Shown: one piece after another, positions 1 through 13,052 of the stretch
Numbering within the stretch: the stretch's first letter is position 1
Layout of the letters: every line of letters begins with the position of its first letter
The notes under the pieces: generated by a model
What the model was told of the DNA's origin: nothing
Databases searched by the model: none
Seen by the model: the letters and a program-made list of their open reading frames with translations, nothing else
Position numbers and translations under genes: made by a program
DNA from: Octopus vulgaris
Taxonomy: Eukaryota
DNA length: 64,000 nucleotides
Direction: 5' to 3'
Assembly: GCA_951406725.2 (NCBI GenBank)
Contig: OX597833.1
Location: forward strand, 46,004,001 to 46,068,000

Positions 1-430
1 GCTATAACCAAAGAATTAAAATCAAAATCCCCGAAACTTTTATCAACATAAATCGCTCACGTTAAAATGTATAGGAAAGCGAAAACCATCCGATAAAAAC
101 GCTGACAGCACAGTACAGGTATATATATCGCATGATGTATGTTAAATGCTTTGTACTCTAGTAGACCATATAATTACAGAGCGTGGCTGCCCCTTATGTC
201 TATATATATATATACCATACACACACGCATATATATACACTCGTGCGCGCGCACACACATTCCTTTGTGCCCCCATATCAAGGATATCTTGAACCGGACG
301 GCTTTGCAGTGACGCCCTTTCTCTTTCAATTTCGTTCACTCACTCCTGTCTCTCGGTGACATTAGTATATATAAACCTGTTCCTGGTTTTACAAATAAAG
401 CACACGCACACACATACTAAAACCAGCAAA

Positions 431-464
<34 letters not shown>

Positions 465-694
465 GGTGTGCAGTCCCTCTACTCTCTTTTGATAAACGCT
501 TACATGAGCTGACACCAGCACCTGTTCTATTAAATTTAAGAAGATTCACGTGTAATAAGTAATATACAAGCGAATTTATTATGCTCTAGATAAGTGCAAG
601 CCAATGCAAGCAAGCACAGCTGCATGCATGAATCTACTATGCTCTTGAACATTCATGCAAACACGGGAACAGGCGCAGACACCTTTGTCTAAAA

Positions 695-778
695 CAGTGG
701 TTCTCAACCGGGTCCCTATAAGATTTTAAGGGAATGTCCATGCAAGCAAAAATAGTAAATTAAGGACCCTCAGAAGTA
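695..778 (+). mobile_element. hAT (Charlie-like) MITE 5' end fragment
   Basis: Begins CAGTGGTTCTCAACC, a typical hAT-Charlie terminus; truncated by subsequent insertions. Confidence 0.5.
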
Positions 779-899
779 ACCCTTTAACGTTCAGATTACA
801 CTGTCAAATACTCTTTACTCTCTTTTACTTGTTTGTCATTTAACTGGCCATGCTGGAGCACCACCTTTAGTCGAGCAAATCAGCCCCAGGACTTATTTC

Positions 900-1132
900 G
901 GTTGCAAGCTGGCAGAATCATTAACACGCCGGGCAAAATGCTTAGCAGTATTTCCTCTGCCGCTATGTTCTGAGTTCAAATTCCGCCAAGGTCGACTTTG
1001 CCTTTCATCCTTTCAAGGTCGATTAAATAAGTACCAGTTATGCACTGGAGTCGACATAATCGACTTAATCCATTTGTCTGTCCTTGTTTGTCCCCTCTGT
1101 ATTTAGCCCCTTGTGGGTAGTAAAGAAATAGG
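900..1132 (+). mobile_element. SINE family B (head + core + long tail)
   Basis: GAGCTGGCAGAA...GAGTTCAAATTCCGCC (B-box-like)...GTCGACTTTGCCTTTCATCC...AAAGAAATAGG; same sequence recurs at 18888, 24538, 50708 and 52200. Confidence 0.8.
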
Positions 1133-1451
1133 TTTTCACATTTTTTTTAGAACTTGACACTTGGGGTGATGGGGGTTGTCTGGGATGATTAGTAGTGTGT
1201 CTGAGTACTTGACACCAGAGATGTCAAGATTGAAATGTGAATCTGAAATCTGGGATGTCTACATTGAAATGTAAATACATAGTATCACATTTTCTATGTG
1301 ACACCTGTTATGTCCTGAGTTAAAAGGTGGCACTCCACACCTCATTTTTATATCCAACCTTAGAAACATTAGGACATTCAGAACATCATACTTCAGTTTT
1401 ACACCTGACACTAAAGACATCTTGTTAAAGTGTGATACATTATACCATAGG

Positions 1452-1615
1452 CACAGCATGGATGTGTGGTATAAGAAGTTTGCTTTCTACCCACATGGCT
1501 CCAGGTTTAGTCCCACTGTGTGGGATCTTGTGCGAGTGTCTTCTACTATAGCCTTGGGCCAACCAAAGTCTTGTAAGCGGATTTTGTAGAGAGAAACTGA
1601 AAGAAGCCCATCATG
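1452..1615 (+). mobile_element. SINE family A, 5' half
   Basis: Matches the GTGTCTTCTACTATAGCC...GAAACTGAAAGAAGCCC motif repeated more than 20 times in the window. Confidence 0.75.
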
Positions 1616-1638
1616 TGTGTGTATATATATATATATGT

Positions 1639-1924
1639 GGAGGCGCAATGGCCCAGTGGTTAGGGCAGCGGACTCGCGGTCGTAGGATCGCGGTTTCGAT
1701 TCCCAGGCCGGGTGTTGTGAGTGTTTATTGAGCAAAAACACCTAAAAGCTCCACGAGGCTCCGGCAGGGGGTGGTGATCCCTGCTGTACTCTTTCACCCA
1801 CTCTTTCTTCTGTTGGCCTGCTCACTTAGCCAGCGGGGTGGCGTCATTCGAAAGCTAAAACAATGCGAACGCATTGTAACCAGCGATGTGTAACAACATC
1901 TGATGGTCTGGTCGGTCACGTGAT
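1639..1924 (+). mobile_element. tRNA-headed SINE family C, young copy
   Basis: GGAGGCGCAATGGCCCAGTGGTTAGGGC (A box)...GGTTTCGATTCCC (B box); CpGs intact; homologous heads at 8668, 11919 and 55812. Confidence 0.85.
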
Positions 1925-2040
1925 ATATCATGTGACATGATATATATATATACACACACACACGTGACGGGTTCACAATGAGTGGATTTGGTTTGTTTAC
2001 TCACTTCTTGACCAATTTATATATATATATATATATATAT

Positions 2041-2192
2041 GGTAGGCTTCTTTTAGTTTCTGTCTACAATATCCATTCATAAAGCTTTGGTCAACCTGGA
2101 GCTATAGTAGAAGGCACTTACCCAAGGTGCCACACAGTGGGACTGAACCCAGAATCATGTGACTGGGAAGCAAACTTCTTACCATACAACCA
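2041..2192 (-). mobile_element. SINE family A, 5' half, antisense
   Basis: Reverse complement of the family A head. Confidence 0.75.
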
Positions 2193-2782
2193 TTATAGCT
2201 AAGTTAATACAATTTAAGCCCTTCGGTGTGGCATTATCTCAGGCCTGTGATGCACAATTGACAACAATTGTACAACTGAATGAAACTAAGGGTCATTATT
2301 TAATTAGCGTCTGATGACTTACTAAACAAAGTGGGTTATTTTTAGTTGACTGTTGTTGAATGTAGCAAGCAGCCTGCTAAGAAATTTAATTTTAGTCACA
2401 CACACACACACAAACACACACACATACACTCAACAGTGAAAGGGTTACATCAGACTTGTGCTTTAAGCCTCTTGGCCTCATTGCCATGCAGATCTGTTGT
2501 TATATAATAACATTAGAGCCAATACGTGGGCGAGATGACGTGCTTCTTTTCCTCTGTTTTTACCAAGCTGGGCATGACGTGGCAATAGCAAAGGGCGTCA
2601 GTTGGATTGTTGATTAAACATAGACAGTTAAGCAAAGATAAGCTCTTGTTGAAATTTTGTCTAATGACTAACAAAACAAAACAAATTCAGAAAAGTTTCT
2701 TTCTCCTTTTTTTTGTTGACTTTAAAATTATATTCCCCAGCACCTTTTATATTATTTATTGTTTTGCATTATAAGGTTCTTT

Positions 2783-2990
2783 ACTGCTGAGCTCTATGAA
2801 CTCCCTAGTCCCTAATCTGCTGAGCACTATAAAGCTCCTAGTCTACTGAGCAGAGCACTATAAAGTCCCCAGTCGGCTAAGCAGAGCACTATGATACCCT
2901 TTGTCTGCTGAGCATTAAAAGGTCTCCATTGAGCCAATAACACTCTAATGTCCCCATTCAGCTGAATAACTATAAAGTCCCTGGGTCTGT
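2783..2990. repeat. Degenerate minisatellite, ~27-32 bp unit, about 7 copies
   Basis: Repeats of (GTC)TGCTGAGC(AGAGC)ACTATAAAGTCCC. Confidence 0.7.
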
Positions 2991-3129
2991 AATATAACCC
3001 GTTTCAAACTTCCACTTCTAAGTTCACTTCATTGGGAAAGGCATCATTGTCACACAATACCATCTGCTACTCCTTATCAGTTGAAGTCTTTGTATGTATC
3101 ATTTAGCATTCGTTTTCCATACTCTCTCT

Positions 3130-3160
<31 letters not shown>

Positions 3161-3537
3161 GCCAATATGGGAAACAGACATAAATTGATGATGGTATATG
3201 TCATCCTTACCATCACCATCATTTAATATCTGTTTTCCATGCTTCCAAGGATTGGACAGTTTGATGGCCTGGCAAGCTGCAGAGCTGTGTCAGGGCCCAA
3301 TGTCAAACTTTTCTTTGGTTGGGTGCTTCCCCCCCCCCCCCCATGATTTCAATACTAATATGGTTACCAAGTAACATGCATGACAAAGTAAATAAAGGAA
3401 AAGGAAAAATCTCTCTTAACTGAAGGGGGTGTATTTGGGAGAGGGGGGCAGCTTTATGCAAGGTGTTGAAGGTAAAGTATGAGAGAGGGGCACATCAGAC
3501 AAAACACACACATATTTAAAAATATTTTTCAGGGGTG

Positions 3538-3872
3538 GCTCAGTCCCACTGCATGACACCTTGGGCAAGTGTCTTCTACTATAGCCGCAGGCCAACCAAA
3601 GCCTTGTGAGTGGATTTGATAGATGGAAACTGAAAGAAGCCCATCGTATATATGTATATATATGTGTGTCGTGTGTCTGTTTGTCCCTCCAACATCACTT
3701 GACAACCGATGCTGGTGTGTTTATGTCACTGTAACTTAGCGGTTTGGCAAAAGAGACCGATAGAATAAGTACTAGGCTTACAAAGAATAAGTCCTGGGGT
3801 TGATTTGCTCGACTAAAGGCGGTGCTCCAGCATGGCCACAGTCAAATGACTGAAACAAGTAAAAAAGAATAA
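3538..3872 (+). mobile_element. SINE family A, 5'-truncated
   Basis: Head fragment, internal (TA/TG)n, and 3' half ending CCAGCATGGCCACAGTCAAATGACTGAAACAAGTAAAA. Confidence 0.85.
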
Positions 3873-4139
3873 GAGTATTATTAATAATGATTTAGAATTT
3901 TAGCACAAAGCCAGCAATTTCAGGAGATAGAATGCCACTAACCATTTTGTCCGGTGTGCTAATGAAAAGAACCTGCGAGCTTACCTTCCCCCCCCCCCCA
4001 ATTATTAATGATACTTGTCAGCACTGAGCAGTAACCTTACTTTGATAACAGATTCTCTTTACTTGTATTGCTGGTGCCTTTGGAAAAGGGTTAATTTGCC
4101 ACAAAATCACATTTACCTAGATGTCCGAAATGGGATTGA

Positions 4140-4330
4140 TATACGAGATAGAAAGAAGTAGGCCAAAGAAGACCTGAAATAATTAAGGCAGTTAGATATG
4201 GACTTTAAAAGGTTAGACGTCACCGACATGATCCACGACTGTGAAATGATGCTGTCAGCAAGGAATAGTTTCCGTGAACTACTGATGGTGATGCTGATAG
4301 TGATTACGACGATGATGATGATGATGGTTC
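4140..4330 (+). mobile_element. Decayed RTE-type LINE 3' end
   Basis: Degenerate translation SRPKKT*...DMDFKRLDVTDMIHD resembles the RTE C-terminal GRPxxxW...DRxxW region; followed by a (GAT)n tail. Confidence 0.45.
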
Positions 4331-5524
4331 TAAGTACGTCACTACACAGCAAGCAGACATATGTAAATTCTCTAGAGCTTTTTCCTGAATATGCTCTTTG
4401 CAAACTTGTGTATGTGCGTGCGTGTATGTATGTATGTATGTATGTACATATATGTTCTCGGCCCTGTTTAGATACTTTCATGCTAGCAGGCAGGCCACTC
4501 GCTTGCTAAGTAAATAGAACAGCAAAAGACACTTGCTACTGTTTGTAATAAGAGAATTTGCAGCCTGCTGCATACTGGTTTAGTTAGTTAGTGAGAGAGC
4601 GAAAGAGAGAGAGAGAGAGAGAGAGCTTGTTGAGTCCCATGTTTGATTGGTTCTTGGTAGACACTCAACAGCAGTACTTATTTGCCTTTCCCAACTGAAT
4701 GAAATAAGCATGTCTTTGCTTATAACGGTTTTTATTTTATTTATTTTTGGCTTGCTTCCTTCCTGCCTAAAATTTAGTATTTAGATTTATGTTTTTTTTT
4801 TTTTCCTCTTTTACTTTTATCATAATAATGGCTTGTGTTTGTAATGTATGTCTGGTTGGTGTTGGTTGTTGCTTCTCTAAACATCAATACCATTTTTTTT
4901 TTCTTATTTTTCACCTCCTCAAAGCATGTGATCTTAAGGATCGCCGTTTTTTTTTTTTTTTTTTTTGCTTTTATTCATCTAGTTATTTGTTTTATCTTCT
5001 TTTAAGGCACCAGAGCCAATTTGAAGAGGTACCCACAACCAGATCTAATATAGACTTTTGTTTTCTTGTTCCATTCTTGCTCTCAAAATCTACTCAGTCC
5101 ACCTAAGATCCGCTTCCCCCTCCCCACCAACAGCCATACTACATCTCTGCTTGGCCCTCGGCACCACCACCACCACCATCGGGTCGTTGATCTGTTTTTG
5201 AGCTAAGATTTATACATTCAGTCCATGCTCTTAATTTCAAGCAGGTTCTCCTTTGGCTCGCAGGAAGTGAAGGGAGAGTGGGTGGATATCGGTTAGATCT
5301 CAGGATAAGGTAAATAAATATACAAGGTCAGGTTCATGATGACATTAGTCGTTACCCCCCTCCCTGAGGATAATATGCAGTATATACTATTCATAAATTT
5401 TCATTCCACACCCTATCTCTGTGGATTTTGCTACTTCCTTCATAAACTTTTTCACCGAAATGCTACTGTTACTGTTTGATAGTATTTCTTTGTTAGCATT
5501 AACTAAATGCTTCACCAAACTGAA

Positions 5525-6125
5525 GTTTGTTTGTGAGTATGTGTTTGTGTCTGTGTTTGCCCACCACCACCACCAGTACCACTATTTAACAACTGGTGTT
5601 GGTGTGTTTATGTCTGTATAACTTAGTGGTTTGGCAAAGAGAGACTGATAGAATAAGTCCTGGGCTTGACAAAGAAAAAAAAAGTTCTGGTGTCGATTCA
5701 TTCAACTAAACAGTTTTCAAGGCAGTGCTCCAGCATGGCTGCAGTCTATTGACTGAAACTAGTGAAAAAGAATATTTATATATATATATATACTACAAAG
5801 TAAGATAGGGGTTATGAGGGTAACCCACTATGGGATATCAGATATCCAATATACTATCATTGTTTTTACATCCACTTTTCCATGCTTGCATGGATCACAT
5901 GAAATTTGTTGAGGCAGATATCTGTGTGTGTCTGTGTTTGTCCCACCACCACCATTTGACAACCCATGTTGGTGTGTTTGCATCCCTGTAGCTTAGTGGT
6001 TCGGCTATGGAAACTGATAGAATAAGTACCAGGCTTAAAAAGAAAAGTAACCCCTGTGACCAATTGTTTTGACTGAAAATTCAAGGCTGTGCCCCAGCAT
6101 GGCCGCAGTCTGATGACTGAAAAAC
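5525..6125 (+). mobile_element. Two tandem 3' halves of SINE family A (5525-5770 and 5920-6125)
   Basis: Both carry GGTGTGTTT...AACTTAGTGGTT...GATAGAATAAGT...CCAGCATGGC. Confidence 0.7.
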
Positions 6126-8311
6126 AGAGGGTGGTGCTAATCTTGCTGCAAGACTAAATAAATACACACAGATAACGCTGGGTACTCTTGCTAATGCCAA
6201 GAGCAAACAATGATAACGTGCATGGGTGGTAGCTATGTTCCTTGAAGCAGTTCATATAACACCACAATTCTACTCTATTCGTGACCTTATTGTTAGTAGT
6301 ATTAGTGGTGGTTGTAGTAGTAGTAGTGGTACACTAACCTTGATGATAAGAAAAAAAAAAAGAACCCAGAAAAGCAGGTCGTTTTCACCTAGCCCTCCCA
6401 CCCCACCCACCCCCATGTTACCTGTACATGTGTAAAGAATCATATGTCTTACCCATCTTTTCAGCTATTTGTTTCAACTTCTCATTTTGATAATCCATAT
6501 TGTTTACCTATTGTTTTATATTTTTTTAAGGGGTGGGTCTTTATGACGAGTGTGTGTGTGTGTGTGTGTGTGTTTTTCCTGTCTTATTGCTTCTAATCCC
6601 TTTTTTGTCCCTCCCTTTGATAGCTTATGCCAATCCATTTGTTAAAGGATTAGGCTTTTATGAACATAGCTAAAAAGAACTAACACTCGCTCATATGTTC
6701 TACAAAATATCAATATATTTTGACGTCAGCGTTTTAACATGACCCTGGAACCTTTTCCTTTGTATGGGTGTGTGCACGTGTGTGTGTGTGTTCATTTTTG
6801 TTGTATGAAAATCTGTCGATTTTGTTTGTCCACATAACATAGTGTATGAGTAAGGTTCTACATTTACGTTTGTACAGTCATGGATTCACATCCCCAATCT
6901 CATGAAAACTCCAGCTCTCAAAACACATTCACACACATAATTAAACCAAGTTTCCTTCCTATTTCCCCATGTACTTACATCAGTGTGTGTGTGTGTATGT
7001 GTGCATGCACATAGTCATCATCAGTAGCAGCATTTTTCTAACATCTACTTGCCTATACTAGCATGAATTAGACCGGTCTTACTTGAAATTATTGACCAAA
7101 ATACCATAGCCAACACACTGGGGTCTAAACTACATCTATTTGGTCGGGACACAAACATACACATATTTCTACATCCAAATGCACATATACATCATCATCA
7201 TTTAACGACCATTTTCCATGCTGGCAAGGGTTGGATGGTTTGACCTGAGTTGGTAAGCAGGAGAGCTGCACCAGGTTCCAGTCTGATTTGGCTTGGTTTC
7301 TATGGCTGGATGCCATTCTTAATGCTTCACCAACCCTTATCTGTTTCCAGGTAAGGTAACATTTCCCCATGACCGGACATGTTTTCATGGAAGATTGGAA
7401 ACAAATAACATTTGTATGAGAATGAAACTTATTTACAATTGTTCCTTTATATTAAGGCAAAGCTGTACTCACACACACATAGAGGACTTCTTCCAGTTTT
7501 TGTCTGCCAAATTTCATTCACCATACATTGGTCAATCTGAAGATACAGTAGAAGACATAAGCTAATCATACCCACACAGTGGCACCAAACCCTAAACTAT
7601 GTGGTCCCAGAAGGAACCTCTTAACCACAAGCACATGTATGTGTGCACACAGACACACATTTACATACACACACACAGTTTTTTTTTTCCCTTGAGTGAT
7701 TTGCTAGCATCAAGTTATAACCAATTTACCAGTTTACCAATCTGTCTGGCAGAACAAATGAGGCACTGTCTTAATCTTCAAAATGACACCAATAACAAGA
7801 AGCTCTGAAGAACTATCAACATTTATTCCAAGCCGACTCGTATATATACATACATACATACATATACACACACATATATCCCAGTGCTAGCTGTTAACAT
7901 TATGCTAATCTTGTGTGTCATTTTATGTTTGTTTATCTCTTGCATAAGTTAAGTCAGACTTGCTTTGTTCCAAAATAGAAATGAAAAAAGAAAAAAAACA
8001 AAACAAAACAAAGTATTAAAATACAAACAAGCAAACCTATACAACAACAAATATAAAAGAAGGAAACTTAGAATGAAAAAAATCTCAAGAAAACAGCAAA
8101 TTCATTAGTGTCAGTCAGCTAGGAGTCTGGGAGCACCAACACAACCCTAAACATCTCCTACATAGTATCTTGTGAAATGAAAAAAACAAAAATAAGAGAA
8201 AATATTTGAGTAATTATCAGTAATAAGAAGAAAAAAAAGTCCTTGGCCTAAATAGCTGAGATTTCTCTTCCACAGGTTGGTTCCATTAAACTGTAGTTTT
8301 ACTACTACTAC

Positions 8312-8361
<50 letters not shown>

Positions 8362-8667
8362 GAGCAGCTAAGAATTGTATCGTTTATGGGCTGATGGCTT
8401 TCAATTGGGGAATTGTTAGCTGTTTAACATTGTCTTGGAATAGAGTGTGTGAATTCAATGTTCAAGCAATTGTTATGCTTTTCTGTTACGATGACGACGA
8501 CGACGGTGGCAATGATGGTAATGGTAGTGGTACTACTGCTACTGACGATGTTGGTGCATTTGTTTAGCCCATGGTCACTTCCTCTTGAGTGTCTCTATGA
8601 GCAAAGGCATTCTAATCACTATCGTCTGTCTTAATGTTATCCACAACTGAGCACCTTATCCACTAGT

Positions 8668-8969
8668 GGAGGCACATGGCCTAGTGGTTAGAGCAACAGA
8701 CTCGCAGTCGAGGGATCGCAGGTTCGAATCTCTGACCGGGCGATTTGTGTGTTTATGAGCGAAACACCTAAGCTCCACGCGGCTCCGGCAGAAGGTAATG
8801 GTGAACTTCTGCTGACTCTTTTGCCACAACTTTCTCTCACTCTTTCCTCCTGCATCTAGCAGCTCACCTGCGACGGACAGGCGTCCTGTCCAGGTGGGGA
8901 ACCTATACGCCAATGAAACCGAGAAACCGGCCCTTCTGAACCAGGTATGGCTCGAGAAGGAACAAAGCA
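8668..8969 (+). mobile_element. tRNA-headed SINE family C with 12-bp TSD
   Basis: A and B boxes; flanked by ACCTTATCCACT at 8653-8664 and 8970-8981. Confidence 0.88.
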
Positions 8970-9769
8970 ACCTTATCCACTGCTGTGAGGTGAGGCAGAT
9001 GATAGTAATGTTGTCTAGCCCAAGGTCGTTCCCAGTCCAGTAGACCTATGAGTAAAAGCATTCATAGTGTGTGTACATAGGGAGTTGGTTTCTACACTTT
9101 TCACACACACTGAATGTACATTCTTCAGAAATAAAAAAATAAAACAGTATGATAATGCAATTTTTTTTTTTAATCATTTTTAACTCCCGAATAAAAATGT
9201 CAGTATGTACGCTAAAGGTCTTTTACCTTCATCACCACCACTATCACCACCCAGTGGCAAATCAAATATCTTTTGCCTAGTTGCCTCCATTGTATTGCAT
9301 TTTTTCTTTTTTTTGTGTGTGTGTCTGTTTGTGAATCGTAGATATATTTCGAGGAATCTTGTTATGCTCCATTTCAATTATATTTTCTTGATCTGAATCA
9401 CCTGCTGTGGGCTTATGTATTACATAACATACCTCATAGTCATTAGAAGCACAGCAAGAGCACAAAGAGGGAGGGGAGGGGAGAAAGAAAGAAAGAGCAA
9501 GGAAGGAGGAAAGAAAGAAAGAAAGAAAGAGCAAAGAAGAATGCTGACTCTGCGACCTGGTTTCAAATTTCTGGCATGTTACTATTTCTGCTTTGTCACT
9601 TGACCCGTGAGAAACAGCAGCTAAATCACCATCAAATTAACACTGCAATCAGGGTTGACTTGAGCCAAACAACAGCTATGAATTTCCTTCCTTGATGGTA
9701 TGAATCTCAAAGCCATGTTCAGCACCAATATCTCAAATAGAATGGCATTTTTATCAATATGCATCTTAT

Positions 9770-9965
9770 AAGATGTCAAACCAACAAGGTAGTCTCTTAT
9801 GTGATTAATCAACCTACTTGAAATAGCAACTAAATTCCCCTACTACCTCTTGGAGAAGGACACATAAGATAAAGTAGTCCTTGACATACTAAAAGATATG
9901 ATCACAGCTGGAATGCTTTGAATCCTTGATCAGCCCAATCAGTGCTGAACATGAGCTAAATAGTA
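9770..9965 (+). mobile_element. Old interspersed repeat family F
   Basis: GAAATAGCAACTAAAT...CAGCTGGAATGCTTTG...GCTGA motif; degenerate relatives at about 25245-25420, 33080-33290, 51110-51310 and 59190-59345. Confidence 0.5.
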
Positions 9966-10684
9966 ACACTTGAGAAGTTAATGTCTCTATCTTTCTTTCA
10001 TACTGAGCAAGTTAATGTCTAAGGAAAGTTGCTCTGTATACAATGAATAAATGAAAAGTGAATGCAAAAGTCACTTTTTCATTTATTTCTTTAGAGTTAT
10101 CTTAACCCTTTCAATATCAACCCACTTGAGTATCTTGGGAAAGCTTTATAATTAACTCAGAACGTATGACACAAGGTCTAACTAAAAGTCTGAAAACAAG
10201 TATCAGCATTTAGGACAAACTTACGAAAATGCTCTGGGCAGGAAAAGGTTATGATGGGAGTTGACTTTTACACCACTCTGTAATGCCTTTGACATTTACA
10301 AGCTCCAGTTTGGGACAAAGGAAAGTAGGCTCACCAGGAGGAATGTACACCAAATATCTATATTCTCTGCCTGACCACCTTGGCATTACATATACTACAG
10401 ACCACCTGACTCAGTTTTCTCAAATCGTAAATTTGTTCTTATCATATCTTGTATATTTTTCAAATCTTAGTTAATTCATAATATATATCCTTGTTTTGTT
10501 TTTGTTGTTTTAAATAATTTTAGTATTATACTATTCCTTAAAATTTTATGTCTTGTCAAAAAAAAAAGAAGTATTTTATTAGGATGTAAGTCCTAGATGC
10601 AAGCTCAGATTAACTATTTAACTATATTATGTGCTTTGGGCAACAAAGAAAGTGGATATCGCAGTTTTTTTCCACCAGTGCCAA

Positions 10685-10900
10685 ATTTATTCACAAACCT
10701 CGGTTTGTGTGGATGGAGTGAGGAAAGTTTTGGAGGTTATAAAGGTGTTGGAGTGAGAGAGGCAAGAGAGTTTATAAATGATAGGAAAGCTTGGATGAGT
10801 GAATTTGATGTTGCTCAAAGGGTTACTGAACCAGCATGATGTGGCAGGGATAAACCAGCAAACCAGCATATGCTGTTGGACCCTGCTGCTGATATTGGTG
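10685..10900 (+). mobile_element. Decayed RTE-type LINE 3' end
   Basis: Frameshifted KPRFVWME...REAREFINDRKAW resembles the RTE C-terminal PRxxWxD...DRxxW region. Confidence 0.5.
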
Positions 10901-11918
10901 GTTGCATTCTATGCCTTGACCTGAGCATAGAATGGGGCTCATCTCTTTGAGCTGGGAAATGAATAGAATGCCTGGTGTGTGTCTTGTTGTGGCTACCCCA
11001 TCCTAAATTTAAAAAATGGGGGACAGGCCTGGGTATTTATAATACCAAATTTATTACCAAGCAAACTATAAATTCGTTGCATTTTCTCTTTCTAAATAAA
11101 TAAAAAATATGTTGAATATTTACAACTTCCTATTGCTCTAGTTATGAGTAAATAATTTACTTATATTACTCACTGCTAATTATTATTAAATATAATAACA
11201 AAAAAAGTTATATTTACCATATTTAAAATATGAGGGGTCTGACCAGGAAGTGAACTGTATTTTTGATCCGTCATATCACATTCTATACTTATTAGGTGTT
11301 ACTGTCATGTGAGTTAAACAGTGGAAGGGCTGAGGAAGCAGTGTTGTTTGTCATCAATTAGCTTCCATTAAACCCTGCCTAGACAATAAATTAGTCAGTT
11401 TTCACTGTAAAGTTCCTGGGTTGGCTATGTAGGAATGGTGTTAGAACTGAAACCTTGCATGAATTAATTTCAACTCATCCTATTAATAACTGCACTGTTT
11501 CTCTGCAAATAAACTGACATCTGACTGTTCAGAGAAGACTTCAAAAGTAAATAGTAGCAAGTTCTCTTAAAAATGGGACAAAATTTGGCCTCATGATGTT
11601 ATTGTACAATGTCATTTTTAACTCTTTGCTATTGGAAATATTACGGGGCTTTAAAAAAAATGAGTTGAAATCCAGAAATAGGATGCAGTGGGGCTGGCAT
11701 AGGACCGCCAGTGATAGAGAGAGCACTGGTGGACCTGGTTGGATCTACACATGTTGGCATCTCTGGGACCACTAACCTGGGATGATCCCAACCCCATCAA
11801 GCAAGATCATGAAGTGAAAAGAAATAAGAATTAGTTATTTTATATATTTACGCATATGTATATATTTTCCAACGTACATTACTTACCAATATACAATTTT
11901 GTATATATGTGTGTGTGT

Positions 11919-12222
11919 GGAGGCACATGGCTTAGTGGTTAGGGTGTTGGACTCACAATTGCAAGATCGTGGGTTTGATTCCCAGACTGGGTGTAGCATT
12001 GTGTTCTTGAGTAAAGCACTTCATTTCAGGTTGCTCTGTGATCATTTCGACATCTGACATGTGGCATCCAGTTGCACCTGTACAGGTAATGTCGATTTGA
12101 TGGAGGGAGTGAACTTATGTCTACACAAACATTCGATCACTATAAACAAATCATCTGTGCGGTTGTTTGGCAAGTAATTGCCAAACCCTCATACATCGTC
12201 TAACGACAGGAAAGTCCTTTAT
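11919..12222 (+). mobile_element. tRNA-headed SINE (family C head, different tail)
   Basis: GGAGGCACATGGCTTAGTGGTTAGGG...GGTTTGATTCCC...TGTTCTTGAGTAAAGCACTT. Confidence 0.75.
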
Positions 12223-12654
12223 CATATACTTTCTGCTTTAAATGAAGAAATGGTTACTAGTGAAAATTCTGTAAGTAATAATAATTATAAAGTTAAAGCT
12301 TATAAGCGATCACCATCTGTTGACCAAAGAAAATAGTCTATAGGGGTATATAAGCCCTTGATGGAAAAAAGTAGTTATTATTATGCATACTAATATGTGT
12401 AATAATACCTACTATTTTCCATCAATAATAAACTATTTTCTTTAGCCCAATACACATTGACCGTTTATAACCATTAAACTTATTATTTTTATTATTATTT
12501 ATACATAAATATATATATCCAGCCGTAGAAACACTGCCAAATCTGACTGGGCCTGATGAAGCCTTCCGGCTTCACAGACCCCAGTTGAACCGTCCAACCC
12601 ATGCTAGCATGGAAAACGGACGCTAAATGATGATGATGATATATATATATATAT

Positions 12655-13006
12655 GGGTAGCGAATATCCTTAGAAATATCACCACGAGTGGCCTAGCATG
12701 TATAAATAGTCAATAGATAATATATTCTCAATATAAAATAGTGTACATTTAAACAAAAGAGAAAACTACCTTTAACAGGTAATTTTTACATGCTAGAAGA
12801 AGCAGTCAAAATGACCAAAACCACATTTGATAGCGATTTTCAAAGGGAATGAAAAATAGAAACTTTTACTTTATTTTTTGTGGTTATACCTAGGTTTCAA
12901 ATTTCTTTAGCAAATTATTTTATTTGCTAAAGAAATTTGAAACCTAGGTATAACTGCTAAAAATAACAATGTAAAAATTTTTATTTTTCATTCCCTTCGA
13001 AAATTG

Positions 13007-13010
<4 letters not shown>
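12655..13010. mobile_element. Unclassified hairpin element between (TA)n tracts
   Basis: Ends in a 181-bp palindrome (12830-13010) with perfect 33-bp inner arms; shares motifs with the element at 13968-14226. Confidence 0.55.

Positions 13011-13052
<42 letters not shown>

Noticed and set aside
1150-1445. Non-repetitive-looking segment with ORF 1259..1459 as a possible exon or LINE fragment
   Set aside because: No recognisable motif and no consistent splice sites; cannot be supported without a search.
2783-2990. Regularly spaced ~30-bp repeats as a CRISPR-like array
   Set aside because: Units are contiguous degenerate tandem copies without unique spacers; eukaryotic context and no cas genes.
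12550-12585. CTGATGA followed by an AGCC-TTCC-GGCT hairpin (also antisense near 52025-52045) as a second hammerhead
   Set aside because: No GAAA follows the stem and no stem I pairing; other family E copies read CTGGTGCA at this position.
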